From contig CAYSJW010000004.1 of the NCBI GenBank assembly GCA_964431555.1, positions 9,951 to 73,950 on the forward strand: 64,000 nt of DNA. Reading direction: 5' to 3'. Each line of letters opens with the position of its first letter. Positions within the stretch are counted from its first letter, which is position 1. Under the pieces are notes generated by a model that did no database searches, was not told the DNA's origin, and worked only from the letters and a program-made list of their open reading frames with translations. Position numbers and translations under genes: made by a program. The DNA comes from an uncultured Gammaproteobacteria bacterium (GTDB lineage Bacteria; Patescibacteriota; Microgenomatia; UBA8517). This document shows positions 8,671 to 18,526 of the stretch, piece after piece.

Positions 8671-10362
8671 TTGTATCTTTTTGTTATTATTAAAGTAATG
8701 CCGGTAAATATAGACTCCTTAACTAAATTAATAGAAGGAAGTAACCTTGTTAAAAAGGCAGATCTTGAGGATGCGCTAAAAGTAGCTAGCCACCTTGGTT
8801 GTGACGTTTCCGATGTTTTAATTGGAAGAAATTTAATAACCGAAGATGATTACGGAAAAATATTAGCTTATCACTACGGTATTTCCTTCATCAACCTTAA
8901 CGACATTGATATTCCCCACGAAGTCATAAATCTAATTCCTGAAGAAATGGCAGCTGAAAGAATGGCGATTATTTTTGAAAATAAAAACAATGTCCTTGGA
9001 GTTGCCCTTTATGACCCTCAGGATCTAGAAACAATAGAAACAATAAAAAAAACTGTAGGTCCTCAATATAAAATTGTTACCTATGTAACCACATCAACAG
9101 GAATAAAAAACGCTCTTAAATCCTATAAACAAAGGGTAATCAATGTTCAACAAACTAAAGGAATGAAAGTTGATGAAACGGGTCTTTCTGCAATCTCGCT
9201 TGTTGAAGATTTTTTAGACTACGCAGTCAGAGAAGAAGCTTCAGATATCCATATAGAACCCATGCCAGAACACATTTTGATAAGAGTTAGAATTGACGGA
9301 GTTTTAACCGATTATAAAGTTCTTTCCATAAATCAACACTCACCAATCACTGCCAGAATCAAAATTCTTTCAAATTTAAAGATAGACGAACAAAGACTTC
9401 CCCAAGATGGACAATTCTCCTACGAAACAAAAACAGGTCAAAAAATTTCTCTAAGGGTTTCTATCATCCCAACCGTCTATGGAGAAAAAACCGTTTTAAG
9501 AGTTCTAAAAACTCAGCAGATCAAATTTAATCTTGATGAACTTGGACTTTTACCCGAAGATCAAAAGGCCGTAAGCAAAATACTCCAAAGAACACACGGA
9601 ATGTTTTTAGTAACCGGACCTACCGGATCTGGTAAAACAACGACTCTTTACACCGTATTAGGTCTTCTTAATCGACCTGATGTAAATATCGTAACCATCG
9701 AAGACCCTGTTGAAAATAGAATATTGAGAGTTAATCAAATTCAAGTTAATCCTGACATCAATCTCACTTTCGCAGCAGGATTAAGATCAATTTTAAGACA
9801 AGATCCCGATATAATAATGGTCGGAGAAATAAGAGACCGCGAAACGGCAATTATTGCAATAAATTCAGCCATGACAGGACATTTGGTTTTTTCATCCGTT
9901 CATGCAAACACAGCTGCTGGTGCGATACCCAGAATGTTAGATCTAGGTTGCGAACCCTTTCTTCTTGCATCCACCTTAAATATGGTAATCGCCCAAAGAC
10001 TAGTAAGAATCCTTTGCCCCAAGTGCAAAGTACAAGTTCCTATAACAAAACCCATCATCGAAAGACTTAAAGAAGTAAAAGGCGGAATATCTCAAGGCGT
10101 AGCCAATGTTTTGACCTGCAATTATGCACCAAAAGGATGTCCACATTGTTTAAACACAGGTTTCAGAGGAAGAGTTGGAATATTTGAGATTCTTTTAATT
10201 GATGACGAAATTAAAGAATTGATTATAGAAAAATCATCCAGCGACAAAATCTGGGACACAGCCAGACTAAAAGGCCCAAAAACAATGCTTGAAGATGGAC
10301 TTATCAAAGTTTCAAAAGGAATTACCTCAATCGAGGAAGTATTCAGAGTTATATCCGAATAG
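8671..10362 (+). CDS. pilB: Type IV pilus assembly ATPase PilB (GspE family)
   Basis: T2SSE N-domain; Walker A LVTGPTGSGKTTTLYT; Asp/His boxes; tetracysteine CPKCK...CPHC. The likely true start is MPVNID at about 8698. Confidence 0.85.
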   Translation: MYLFVIIKVMPVNIDSLTKLIEGSNLVKKADLEDALKVASHLGCDVSDVLIGRNLITEDDYGKILAYHYGISFINLNDIDIPHEVINLIPEEMAAERMAIIFENKNNVLGVALYDPQDLETIETIKKTVGPQYKIVTYVTTSTGIKNALKSYKQRVINVQQTKGMKVDETGLSAISLVEDFLDYAVREEASDIHIEPMPEHILIRVRIDGVLTDYKVLSINQHSPITARIKILSNLKIDEQRLPQDGQFSYETKTGQKISLRVSIIPTVYGEKTVLRVLKTQQIKFNLDELGLLPEDQKAVSKILQRTHGMFLVTGPTGSGKTTTLYTVLGLLNRPDVNIVTIEDPVENRILRVNQIQVNPDINLTFAAGLRSILRQDPDIIMVGEIRDRETAIIAINSAMTGHLVFSSVHANTAAGAIPRMLDLGCEPFLLASTLNMVIAQRLVRILCPKCKVQVPITKPIIERLKEVKGGISQGVANVLTCNYAPKGCPHCLNTGFRGRVGIFEILLIDDEIKELIIEKSSSDKIWDTARLKGPKTMLEDGLIKVSKGITSIEEVFRVISE

Positions 10363-10383
10363 AAAATGTACTAAAATAAATCC

Positions 10384-11592
10384 ATGCCTGAGTTCATTTA
10401 CGAAATATCAAATGAAAAGGAATCACAAAGAGGTAGAATAAATGCTGAATCCATCACAGAAGCCGCTCTACAGATAAAAAAACCGGGTTGGTTCATTACA
10501 GAACTCCAAGATACGAGAAAGGTTAAAAAATTTCTTCCCTTTTTAGAATCTAAACCCAAATTTCCTCTTTATGACAAGATAAACTTTACTGACCATCTCG
10601 CTTCATCAATTGGAGCCGGAACTCCAATACAGGAAGCTCTTGACGCGTACGTCGAGGAAGGGGATAGAAAATCCGAAATCATTGACACAATCAGCAAAGA
10701 CATACAAAGAGGAAAAAGACTCTCCGAAGCAATGGCTCAATATCCCTCTATCTTCTCGCCACTGTACATAGCAATGGTGCAGGCTGGAGAAATCACGGGA
10801 AGTCTGGACGAAACTCTGGAATACCTTGCTAACGAATTAAGACGAGAGCACGATTTTATTTCCAAAGTAAAATCAGCTCTATTTTATCCAATAATAGTGC
10901 TTTGTGTTTCTTTAATAGTAGTTATCGTAGTAATAGGTTTTGTCGTGCCAAAGATGGTAGAAATAATGAAAAACTTCGGAGGAGAACTTCCAGCCTTAAC
11001 AAAAATTTTAATGTCTGTCGCCCAATTTTTAGTCAACTTCCGATTATATATTCTTCTATCAATTATAACAATCATAGGTATTTTTATTTATCTTTTTACC
11101 AACGAAAAAATCAGAGTCTATATTAATGCTAAATTAACAAGATTCCCTCTGGTTGGACAAATTATACGACAGTTTATTCTTGCAAGATTTTTAAGAATTA
11201 TCGGAGGTTGCATCAGATATGGAATTCAACTTCCCAAGGCAATCGAACTATCAGCCAGTATAGTCAATAATGTCTTATACAAAGAGGCTTGCGAAAACAT
11301 TAACAAAAAGATTATCAAAGGACAAAACTTCTCATCGGCACTATCTGATGAAGACAAAGAATTATTTCCTCCAATTATTTCTCGAACTATACGAGGAGGT
11401 GAAAGAACAAGTAAAGTAGATGCCGGTTTAATAAGATTATCTTTATACTACGAAGCTGAAGTAGACAGAAATCTTAAACGCCTTACAGAATTAATTGAAC
11501 CAGTAATGGTAATCGTTTTAGGAGTTTTTGTTGCACTAATAGCTATAGCTGTGATATCACCCATTTATCAAATGACATCCAGAATCCAATAG
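10384..11592 (+). CDS. pilC: Type IV pilus platform protein PilC (GspF family)
   Basis: 402 aa, two GspF-like repeats, three TM segments. It lies immediately downstream of pilB. Confidence 0.8.
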   Translation: MPEFIYEISNEKESQRGRINAESITEAALQIKKPGWFITELQDTRKVKKFLPFLESKPKFPLYDKINFTDHLASSIGAGTPIQEALDAYVEEGDRKSEIIDTISKDIQRGKRLSEAMAQYPSIFSPLYIAMVQAGEITGSLDETLEYLANELRREHDFISKVKSALFYPIIVLCVSLIVVIVVIGFVVPKMVEIMKNFGGELPALTKILMSVAQFLVNFRLYILLSIITIIGIFIYLFTNEKIRVYINAKLTRFPLVGQIIRQFILARFLRIIGGCIRYGIQLPKAIELSASIVNNVLYKEACENINKKIIKGQNFSSALSDEDKELFPPIISRTIRGGERTSKVDAGLIRLSLYYEAEVDRNLKRLTELIEPVMVIVLGVFVALIAIAVISPIYQMTSRIQ

Positions 11593-11593
11593 A

Positions 11594-12106
11594 ATGAAAG
11601 GTTTTAGCTTAATTGAGTTAATAATCGCTATCGCAATTATTTCCTTCCTTTCAACAATCGGTGTTAACACCTTTATTAATTTTAAAAACGAAACTTCAAT
11701 TGATAATCTCGCATATGAACTTATATCTGATATCAAACTTGCCAGAAATAAAAGTATGAACGGAGAACTCTTAAAAGATGAAACAGAGGAAAACTTCATT
11801 CCGAACAATCTTCCGCGTTATGGATTAAAAATGAAAAAAGACACATACCAAATAGTAAGACAGTGTTCAAAAACCGATGGCACAACATGTGATACAGAAA
11901 ATTTGGAAAATTTAGAATATACCGATGACTTTAAAATAAGGTCAATTAGTTCACTCTATATTTTAGATCCGGAGATTGATTTTTTCTTTGAGAGAATAAC
12001 GGGAAAAAGTGATCCAATCACTATTACTCTAAAAGAAAAAAGTGCAAAATATGGAAGAAAAATAGAAATATCATCAGATTTCATAATCAAAATCTCAAAG
12101 ATATAA
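11594..12106 (+). CDS. Prepilin-type minor pilin/pseudopilin (FimT/GspH-like)
   Basis: N-terminal class III signal: MKG|FSLIELIIAIAIISFL with Glu at +5. Confidence 0.6.
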   Translation: MKGFSLIELIIAIAIISFLSTIGVNTFINFKNETSIDNLAYELISDIKLARNKSMNGELLKDETEENFIPNNLPRYGLKMKKDTYQIVRQCSKTDGTTCDTENLENLEYTDDFKIRSISSLYILDPEIDFFFERITGKSDPITITLKEKSAKYGRKIEISSDFIIKISKI

Positions 12107-12109
12107 TCT

Positions 12110-12592
12110 ATGAACCAAAAAGGATTTACACTTATAGAGCTTCTTTTTGCAATTGCTCTATCTGCACTTTTTTTACCTGCTTTGGTTTTCGTTTATTCAT
12201 TCTCATTGGGAGCCGCAAGTCAAGGGGAAAACTACACACAAGCATATGCTTTGGCTCAAGAGTATATGGAGGCAATATACTACATTAAAAAAAATTCGCC
12301 CAATGAATGGGATTGGATATCAAAACCAGAAAATACCCTTGACGGAGAATACTACCAACCTTATAAATCTGGTGGTGTTTGGGTTCTGGGACCCAAAAAC
12401 CCACCACCACAAGAGATTAATGGATACAATGTCTTTGTTGAAATCAAAGAAATCAGAAGAAATGAGCAAGGTGATATTGATGAAGCCGGTAATATCGACC
12501 ATAAATCAAGAAAGATTATCATAACAGTAAAATGGAAAGAAAAAGGAAATGATACCTCAATCGATCTAGTTTCATATGTTACTAAACATTAA
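12110..12592 (+). CDS. Prepilin-type minor pilin (PilV/GspI-like)
   Basis: QKG|FTLIELLFAIALSAL prepilin cleavage/methylation motif. Confidence 0.6.
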   Translation: MNQKGFTLIELLFAIALSALFLPALVFVYSFSLGAASQGENYTQAYALAQEYMEAIYYIKKNSPNEWDWISKPENTLDGEYYQPYKSGGVWVLGPKNPPPQEINGYNVFVEIKEIRRNEQGDIDEAGNIDHKSRKIIITVKWKEKGNDTSIDLVSYVTKH

Positions 12593-13097
12593 AAATAATT
12601 TTAAAAATAAGTATAAAGGTTTTACCTTGGTTGAAATATTGATTGCCGTTGCAATTACAGGAATTATATCGATAATTTCTATACAAGGTCTTTTTGATAT
12701 AATTTCTATTCGCGCTAAACAACAGTCTATCGAAGAATCATCCGAAAATTTCAGAATAATTATAAGAGCTCTCAGCAAGGCTGCAACCGAATCGATAAAT
12801 ATTGACATACCCAATATAAACGAAATTCGCATAACCGGTGAAAAAGAATGTCAAACGATAAAATATAATTCTGTAAATAAATCTTTAGAAAAAGCACTAG
12901 TTTCACAAAATCCCTGCATCCCTCCAGATTCAAATTTTCAAACCATAACCAATAGCGAAATAACAATTACAAAATTTTCTTTATCCCCCATAGGCCAGAA
13001 TGTTAAACTTATCCTTCTTGAAGTTGAAGGATATTATAAAAATTCATTAGGAGATCATCCCATAAAATATACAACCACCATAACCAAAAGAATATGA
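12576..13097 (+). CDS. Prepilin-type minor pilin (PilW/GspJ-like)
   Basis: YKG|FTLVEILIAVAITGII prepilin motif. Confidence 0.55.
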   Translation: MLLNIKNNFKNKYKGFTLVEILIAVAITGIISIISIQGLFDIISIRAKQQSIEESSENFRIIIRALSKAATESINIDIPNINEIRITGEKECQTIKYNSVNKSLEKALVSQNPCIPPDSNFQTITNSEITITKFSLSPIGQNVKLILLEVEGYYKNSLGDHPIKYTTTITKRI

Positions 13098-14515
13098 ATA
13101 TAAATATAAATTCCAAAGGTCAAGCAGCTATACTAATAATTTTTGTCATAGGAATGGTTGGTCTTTTAATTGGGTTAACTTTATCCAAAACAGGTTTTAC
13201 AGAATCTATGATGGGTCGAGGTACTGCTGGCTCAACCAAAGCGTTTTACATAGCAAACGCAGGAATAGAGGATGCATTTTACAAAATAATTCAAGCAGAT
13301 TCAAAAGGAGAGGACTTCGAAGATGTTGACGGTTATAACTTAGATGTCGGAGAAGGTGAAGCAAAAATAACCGTTGTAAATCAAATTAACGGCGATGAAA
13401 AAGAAAAAATCATTACCTCATCGGGAAAATACAAAAATTTTCTCAGAAATATTCAAGTTAAGGCTTACAATACGAAAATCAATCCCGAATTTACAAAAAT
13501 TATTCAAGTCGGGTATGGCGGGATAGAAATAGAAAATAATGTCAAAATTAGCGCCAAAAAAGATGGCCAAGAATATGCAGGCGGGAATATTTACTCAAAC
13601 AGTTTTATAAGAGGAAAAAGTAACTCAAGCAAAGACGGAAAATGTCAAGAACCATCTTCCTTCATAAACGGCAACGCTGTGGCTGTGGATATCATAGATA
13701 AGCTGGGAAATAGCGGAGATGGGCCTTGTATTTCAGGAAATGCCTTTTCCGGAAACTTAAATTATTGTGAAGTTCTTGGAGATTATGCTTATTCTTATTC
13801 GGGTTACAATAGCAATTGTCCAATAAGCGAAGAAAAAAGATGCGATCCATCATTAGATCCTTTAAATTGCATAGTACCTGAACCAATTAATCTCCCTGAT
13901 ATAAAACCAGAAAAAATTAAAAAATATATCGAAAACTACGGAGAAACGTACAATGGTGATTGCAAAATAGGTGGCACTAATGATTGTTCATCAAATAAAG
14001 GAGGTAAAAAATATCTTGGTTTCAAAGTTATAAACGGAAATTTGACTATAAATTCAGATATATATTTTTCTGGTCCTGTCTGGGTAAAAGGCAATCTTAT
14101 AATTAATTCAAACAAAACTATATTTTTGGCTGAAGAAGTAAAAGACATAACAAGTTTAATCATTTTGGTAAGCGGAAAGATTGAAACAGAATCCAATGTA
14201 ACCTTTGAATCGGGAGGAAAATCTTACCTTCTTTTGGCTTCCGAATATAAAGATATTAGTAACCCCCTTTGTAACGATTCCGACGGAAATGCAATAACAA
14301 TTAATGCAAATGTAAAAAGTATCTTATTTTATGCAATTAAAGGATGCGCCATTGTCAAGCCAACTGCAGGAAAGGAATTCTTCGGTGCTATTATTGCGGA
14401 AGCAGCCTTATTAAAACAAAATGTCAATCTTTACTACGATCCGAATTTACAAAATTCAATTATCTTATTAAGCCAAGAGGAGCCTTGGAAAATTTCGTCA
14501 TTTACAGAGCTCTAA
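13094..14515 (+). CDS. PilX-N-domain protein with large Cys/Gly/Asn-rich C-terminal region (candidate pilus tip/adhesin subunit)
   Basis: N-terminus KGQAAILIIFVIGMVGLLIGL resembles PilX_N. 473 aa with about 11 Cys and many G/N/S. Its ATGA start overlaps the stop of the upstream pilin. Confidence 0.45.
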   Translation: MNININSKGQAAILIIFVIGMVGLLIGLTLSKTGFTESMMGRGTAGSTKAFYIANAGIEDAFYKIIQADSKGEDFEDVDGYNLDVGEGEAKITVVNQINGDEKEKIITSSGKYKNFLRNIQVKAYNTKINPEFTKIIQVGYGGIEIENNVKISAKKDGQEYAGGNIYSNSFIRGKSNSSKDGKCQEPSSFINGNAVAVDIIDKLGNSGDGPCISGNAFSGNLNYCEVLGDYAYSYSGYNSNCPISEEKRCDPSLDPLNCIVPEPINLPDIKPEKIKKYIENYGETYNGDCKIGGTNDCSSNKGGKKYLGFKVINGNLTINSDIYFSGPVWVKGNLIINSNKTIFLAEEVKDITSLIILVSGKIETESNVTFESGGKSYLLLASEYKDISNPLCNDSDGNAITINANVKSILFYAIKGCAIVKPTAGKEFFGAIIAEAALLKQNVNLYYDPNLQNSIILLSQEEPWKISSFTEL

Positions 14516-14565
14516 TTTTTACTAATAATTAATTAAACAATAATTTATAAAATTTTTACATTTAT

Positions 14566-16005
14566 ATGAACTATTATATAGGAGCTGAATTAAATGGAAA
14601 TCTTCTTAAAATTGCTGTCTTCAAAAAGACAAGGCAGGTTTTTGAAATCATCAAACTTGACAGTATCAATCTCCCGAATGATCCTGATGAAGCAAGCAAA
14701 GAATTAAGATTTTGGCTAAATCGAAACCTTTCCGAACCAAGTTCTATCAAGGTTGTCTTAACCGTTTCCGAATCTATCCTCTACATCAAAGAAATGGAGT
14801 TTCCAAAAATGTCTCCAGAAAAATTAAATGAGGCTATTTACTGGGAACTTCCTTCAATTGCTCCTATTCCTCAATCAGATGCTGTCTATGACTGGAAAAA
14901 AATCTCCGAGCAAAAAGGAAGCTATAACATAGTAGTATTAGTAGGAAAAAGTAGCTATATTCAAAACATTATTTCCATATTCAGAAATGCTCAAATGGAA
15001 GTAGTTGTTATTGAACCATCTTCTTATGCTTTTGCCAGAATTGCCAATGCTCCATTTGACTCAAATACCCTTTTATGTCTAGTTCAAGAACAGGGAATGG
15101 ATTTTATTATCTTAAAATACGGAGTGCCCTTCTTTACCACTTCAATAACAGGCAACACACAAGTCGAAAAGCTGTCAAAAATCAAAACTGGAACTGACTT
15201 AACAAATGAAATAGTCAACGAAGGCAAAAAAATAATCACCTACTGGGAAAATAAAGAAAACCTCAAAATTAACCAGGTTGTTGTTTCAGGTGATTTAGTT
15301 TACAAATATTTCGGACTATCAGCTACATTAAATATCTTTCCTCCAATAACAACCTACATAGGAACCATCAAAAGAATAAGAGCCCTTAAAACAAATGAAT
15401 ACAACGACCTTGTTCTTGTAACTCACCTTGTAAGCATTGGCGCTGGTATAAGGTTCCTACAAAAAGATGTCTATGAAGGAATTAATCTTTTTTCTCAAGA
15501 AGAAAAGCTTAAAAACGAAAAAATAAGACTACAGAAAAAGATTACATCGCACCTCATGTCATTTGTCTACACAAATATTGTAATTTTACTTCTTCTCTTC
15601 ATAAGCATCCTCGCTTTAAATCTTTGGAATTACTCTTTGGAGAAAAAATTTACTAAACTGAACCTAAATCTTTCTTCAAAAATGTCATCGGCTTTAATTC
15701 AAAATGTAAACAAAATAAACAACAACATTAAAAGCGTGATTTCCTTAACCCGGGAGCAAGAAGATAGTGGAGCAAAATTAAAAACAATTTCCGATCTGGT
15801 ACCACAGACAATTAAACTTACATCTGTAAATTTATCATCAACCAAATCCCGTGAATGGACAATTGAAGGAATTGGAGATAGAAATACCATCTTGGCTTTT
15901 TACAAAATTCTTAAAGAAAAAACTGACGCAACTTTCATTTCCATGCCCTACAGCAATTTCAATAAAGAAACTGAGAATGAATTTTCAATAACCCTAGTTT
16001 GGTAA
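14566..16005 (+). CDS. pilM: PilM (actin-like) fused to a PilN-like TM/coiled-coil C-terminal region
   Basis: The N-terminal ~320 aa are PilM/FtsA-like (YIGAELNGNLLKIAVF). A TM helix lies at about aa 325-345 (FVYTNIVILLLLFISILALNLW), followed by ~130 aa of PilN-like periplasmic region. Confidence 0.6.
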   Translation: MNYYIGAELNGNLLKIAVFKKTRQVFEIIKLDSINLPNDPDEASKELRFWLNRNLSEPSSIKVVLTVSESILYIKEMEFPKMSPEKLNEAIYWELPSIAPIPQSDAVYDWKKISEQKGSYNIVVLVGKSSYIQNIISIFRNAQMEVVVIEPSSYAFARIANAPFDSNTLLCLVQEQGMDFIILKYGVPFFTTSITGNTQVEKLSKIKTGTDLTNEIVNEGKKIITYWENKENLKINQVVVSGDLVYKYFGLSATLNIFPPITTYIGTIKRIRALKTNEYNDLVLVTHLVSIGAGIRFLQKDVYEGINLFSQEEKLKNEKIRLQKKITSHLMSFVYTNIVILLLLFISILALNLWNYSLEKKFTKLNLNLSSKMSSALIQNVNKINNNIKSVISLTREQEDSGAKLKTISDLVPQTIKLTSVNLSSTKSREWTIEGIGDRNTILAFYKILKEKTDATFISMPYSNFNKETENEFSITLVW

Positions 16006-16006
16006 A

Positions 16007-16522
16007 ATGATGGCAAATACTCAAAATAAGCTAAAATTTACTACAATCGCGCTTTTTACGTCGTTCATAACGATAATTATAGGCCTAAATATCTTGAAAG
16101 GGATAGTTTCTAAAGTTAAAACTAGTAAATTAAAGGTTGCAGAGATTAATCGCGACATATCACTTATTGACAAAGTTAATGACGATGTCAAAAAATATGA
16201 AAGTGAAATTAAAGAAATTGTAAATACCCTTCCTCATGAATACTACGAACTTTCCTTTTTTAACTCGCAGATTGAAAATATAGCAAAGGAAAACAACTTA
16301 ACCCTAGATATACAAGCAGATAAAGAGAAAAAGGAAGAAAAAGAACTTTATGACTCAATAGGATATTCAATTTCGATGACGGGAAAATACTTATCGTTTG
16401 CCAATTTTTTAAGCCAGATGTCAAAATTACCTTATCATACAAAGATTGACAAAATTAATATTTTCAATGAAGAAGGAGTCTTAACAGCCAAAATAAATTT
16501 CAGAATTTTTGTACAAAAATGA
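16007..16522 (+). CDS. pilO: PilO-like bitopic pilus alignment protein
   Basis: 171 aa with an N-terminal TM and coiled coil. It lies directly after the pilM-N fusion. Confidence 0.4.
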   Translation: MMANTQNKLKFTTIALFTSFITIIIGLNILKGIVSKVKTSKLKVAEINRDISLIDKVNDDVKKYESEIKEIVNTLPHEYYELSFFNSQIENIAKENNLTLDIQADKEKKEEKELYDSIGYSISMTGKYLSFANFLSQMSKLPYHTKIDKINIFNEEGVLTAKINFRIFVQK

Positions 16523-16773
16523 AAAAAACGGAAATAAGATTAATAATTTTAGTTATTTATTTACAAATAGTTCTCATCATCTACTTTATTTCACTTTATC
16601 CTGCTTTGGAAAAACCTAAAAATTTACCACCCACCCAGATACCACTTCTTTCCACAGCAAATTTGAAAGAGGCTCAAAATCTTCTGTCAAACAAAGGAAA
16701 GGTATGGATTTCATACCCCCAAGAACCTGATATTTCATCCTATACTTTCGGCCAATCCGATCCCATAAAATAG
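16519..16773 (+). CDS. Small hypothetical membrane protein in the pilus locus
   Basis: 84 aa with one N-terminal TM. ATGA overlap with pilO. Confidence 0.25.
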   Translation: MKKTEIRLIILVIYLQIVLIIYFISLYPALEKPKNLPPTQIPLLSTANLKEAQNLLSNKGKVWISYPQEPDISSYTFGQSDPIK

Positions 16774-16788
16774 TCAAAAGAATATCAA

Positions 16789-17319
16789 ATGAAAAAAAAT
16801 ATTATTATTTTAAACTTTTTACTCGAAAAGGGCATGACTTTGATTGAAATTTTAATAGTTATCGGAATAATATCCGTTTTATCAGTTGTCTTAATAACCG
16901 CCATAAATCCCGTAGAATCGGGTAGAAAATCAAGAGATGCCAAAAGAATATCCGATTTATCAACCATAAAAAGAGCTATTGACATGGCTTTGGCAGATAA
17001 ACAAAAACTAGCAATTACCTCGTCAATAGAGATTACATCTACAAATATCGGAGGTTTGGATATAAGCAAATATTTGCCTGCGATTCCAAAAGATCCATCA
17101 CGTAATTCTGGCAATAATGTTAGGGTTTTGATTTTAAACAGTGGAAATTGTGAGAGTGGTTCTTCAAACGGTCCAATGCTCTATGAATTCGTAAGTGACG
17201 GAGATTTTTACACAATTAGAACAAGATTTGAATCGCTTAGCAATTGCGATCTCCTAAAAAATGACGGTAATCAAAATAATTATTATGAACTCGGTACAAA
17301 ACTAAACCTTTTCCCTTAA
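16789..17319 (+). CDS. pilA: Type IV pilin (major pilin candidate)
   Basis: Leader MKKNIIILNFLLEKG|MTLIEILIVIGIISVLSVV with Glu+5. 176 aa. It is the last gene of the locus. Confidence 0.55.
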   Translation: MKKNIIILNFLLEKGMTLIEILIVIGIISVLSVVLITAINPVESGRKSRDAKRISDLSTIKRAIDMALADKQKLAITSSIEITSTNIGGLDISKYLPAIPKDPSRNSGNNVRVLILNSGNCESGSSNGPMLYEFVSDGDFYTIRTRFESLSNCDLLKNDGNQNNYYELGTKLNLFP

Positions 17320-17324
17320 TTTTA

Positions 17325-18473
17325 TTAAGTAATCTTTCTTAAAAACGCTGGTATTTCAAATTTTTCTCCAAAAACGTCCTGATCACCTTCATCGGGAGGG
17401 ATTTTATTATTTTCATCTTCATCTTCTTCCTTTTTTTCTTTTTTAATTGATTCACTTACAACACCTTGCATTTGTGGTTCAACTCTGGGTTGAGAAAATT
17501 GAGCTATTCTCGCTCTGGTTTCATCAAAACCGGTTGCTACTACAGTAATTCTTAATTGATCAGTCAAATCCTCCTTAATTACAGCTCCAAATATTATATT
17601 GGCATCAGCATCTGCTGATGAGGAAATTATTCTTGCTGCTTCATCAACTTCAAACATCGTTAAATCCTTACCCCCAGTTATATTAAATAAAACTCCAGTC
17701 GCTCCTTCTATCGAAAGATCCAAAAGTGGAGAGGCAATAGCAGAACGCGCTGCCATCTGAGCCCTGTTTTCACCAACCCCTGTTCCTATACCCAATAATG
17801 CTGTACCAGAATTCATCATTATTGTCTTAACATCGGCGAAATCAACATTTATCAATCCTGGTGTGGTAATTATATCAGCAATGCCGGAAACAGCCTGACC
17901 TAAAACAGAATCTGCCACCTTAAAAGCTTCTAAAAGAGTCATCTTTCTATCGATAACATCCATCAACCTTTGATTGGGAATAACGATCAAGGTGTCAACC
18001 TGCTCTCTAAGTTTTTCTATTCCCTCTTCCGCAACCACAGACCTTCTTGTTCCTTCAAAATAAAAGGGCTTAGTTACTATCGCTACTGTTAATGCGCCTG
18101 TCTCTTTGGCTATTCTTGCAATTACTGGCGATGCTCCAGTTCCAGTTCCTCCTCCCATACCGGAGGTAATGAAAACCATGTCAGAATCCAGAAGAAGTTC
18201 TTTTATTTTTTCCTTTGATTCTTCAGCCGCTTGTTCACCTATTTCAGGATTTCCCCCAGATCCTAATCCCTTGGTTAACTTTTCACCGATTTGCAGCTTA
18301 GTTGGAGCCTTGTTCGCTAAAAGCACTTGCGCATCCGTGTTAACAGCAATAAACTCAACTCCCTGAACGTCATTGGATTCCGCCATTGAAGAAACAGCAT
18401 TTCCACCGCCCCCTCCAATACCGATAACTTTAATTTTTGCTATTCTCGCAGAATCTGGTTTAACTAATGCCAT
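17325..18473 (-). CDS. ftsZ: Cell division protein FtsZ
   Basis: GGGTGTG tubulin signature, [12 protein letters not shown], and the conserved C-terminal peptide IPAFLRK. Confidence 0.95.
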   Translation of the reverse strand: MALVKPDSARIAKIKVIGIGGGGGNAVSSMAESNDVQGVEFIAVNTDAQVLLANKAPTKLQIGEKLTKGLGSGGNPEIGEQAAEESKEKIKELLLDSDMVFITSGMGGGTGTGASPVIARIAKETGALTVAIVTKPFYFEGTRRSVVAEEGIEKLREQVDTLIVIPNQRLMDVIDRKMTLLEAFKVADSVLGQAVSGIADIITTPGLINVDFADVKTIMMNSGTALLGIGTGVGENRAQMAARSAIASPLLDLSIEGATGVLFNITGGKDLTMFEVDEAARIISSSADADANIIFGAVIKEDLTDQLRITVVATGFDETRARIAQFSQPRVEPQMQGVVSESIKKEKKEEDEDENNKIPPDEGDQDVFGEKFEIPAFLRKIT

Positions 18474-18526
18474 ATTGTTTTACGTAGCGTGATTTTACAG
18501 TGGGCAAGTTAAAATGTAAAGTACGC

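Noticed and set aside
12147-12524. 125-aa alternative-frame ORF overlapping the minor pilin 12110..12592
   Set aside because: The 12110 frame carries the prepilin cleavage/methylation motif (KGFTLIELLFAIAL). The alternative frame has none.
16785-17114. 109-aa minus-strand ORF overlapping the major pilin candidate
   Set aside because: Antisense to a gene with a clear class III signal peptide. Hydrophobic mirror-image artefact.
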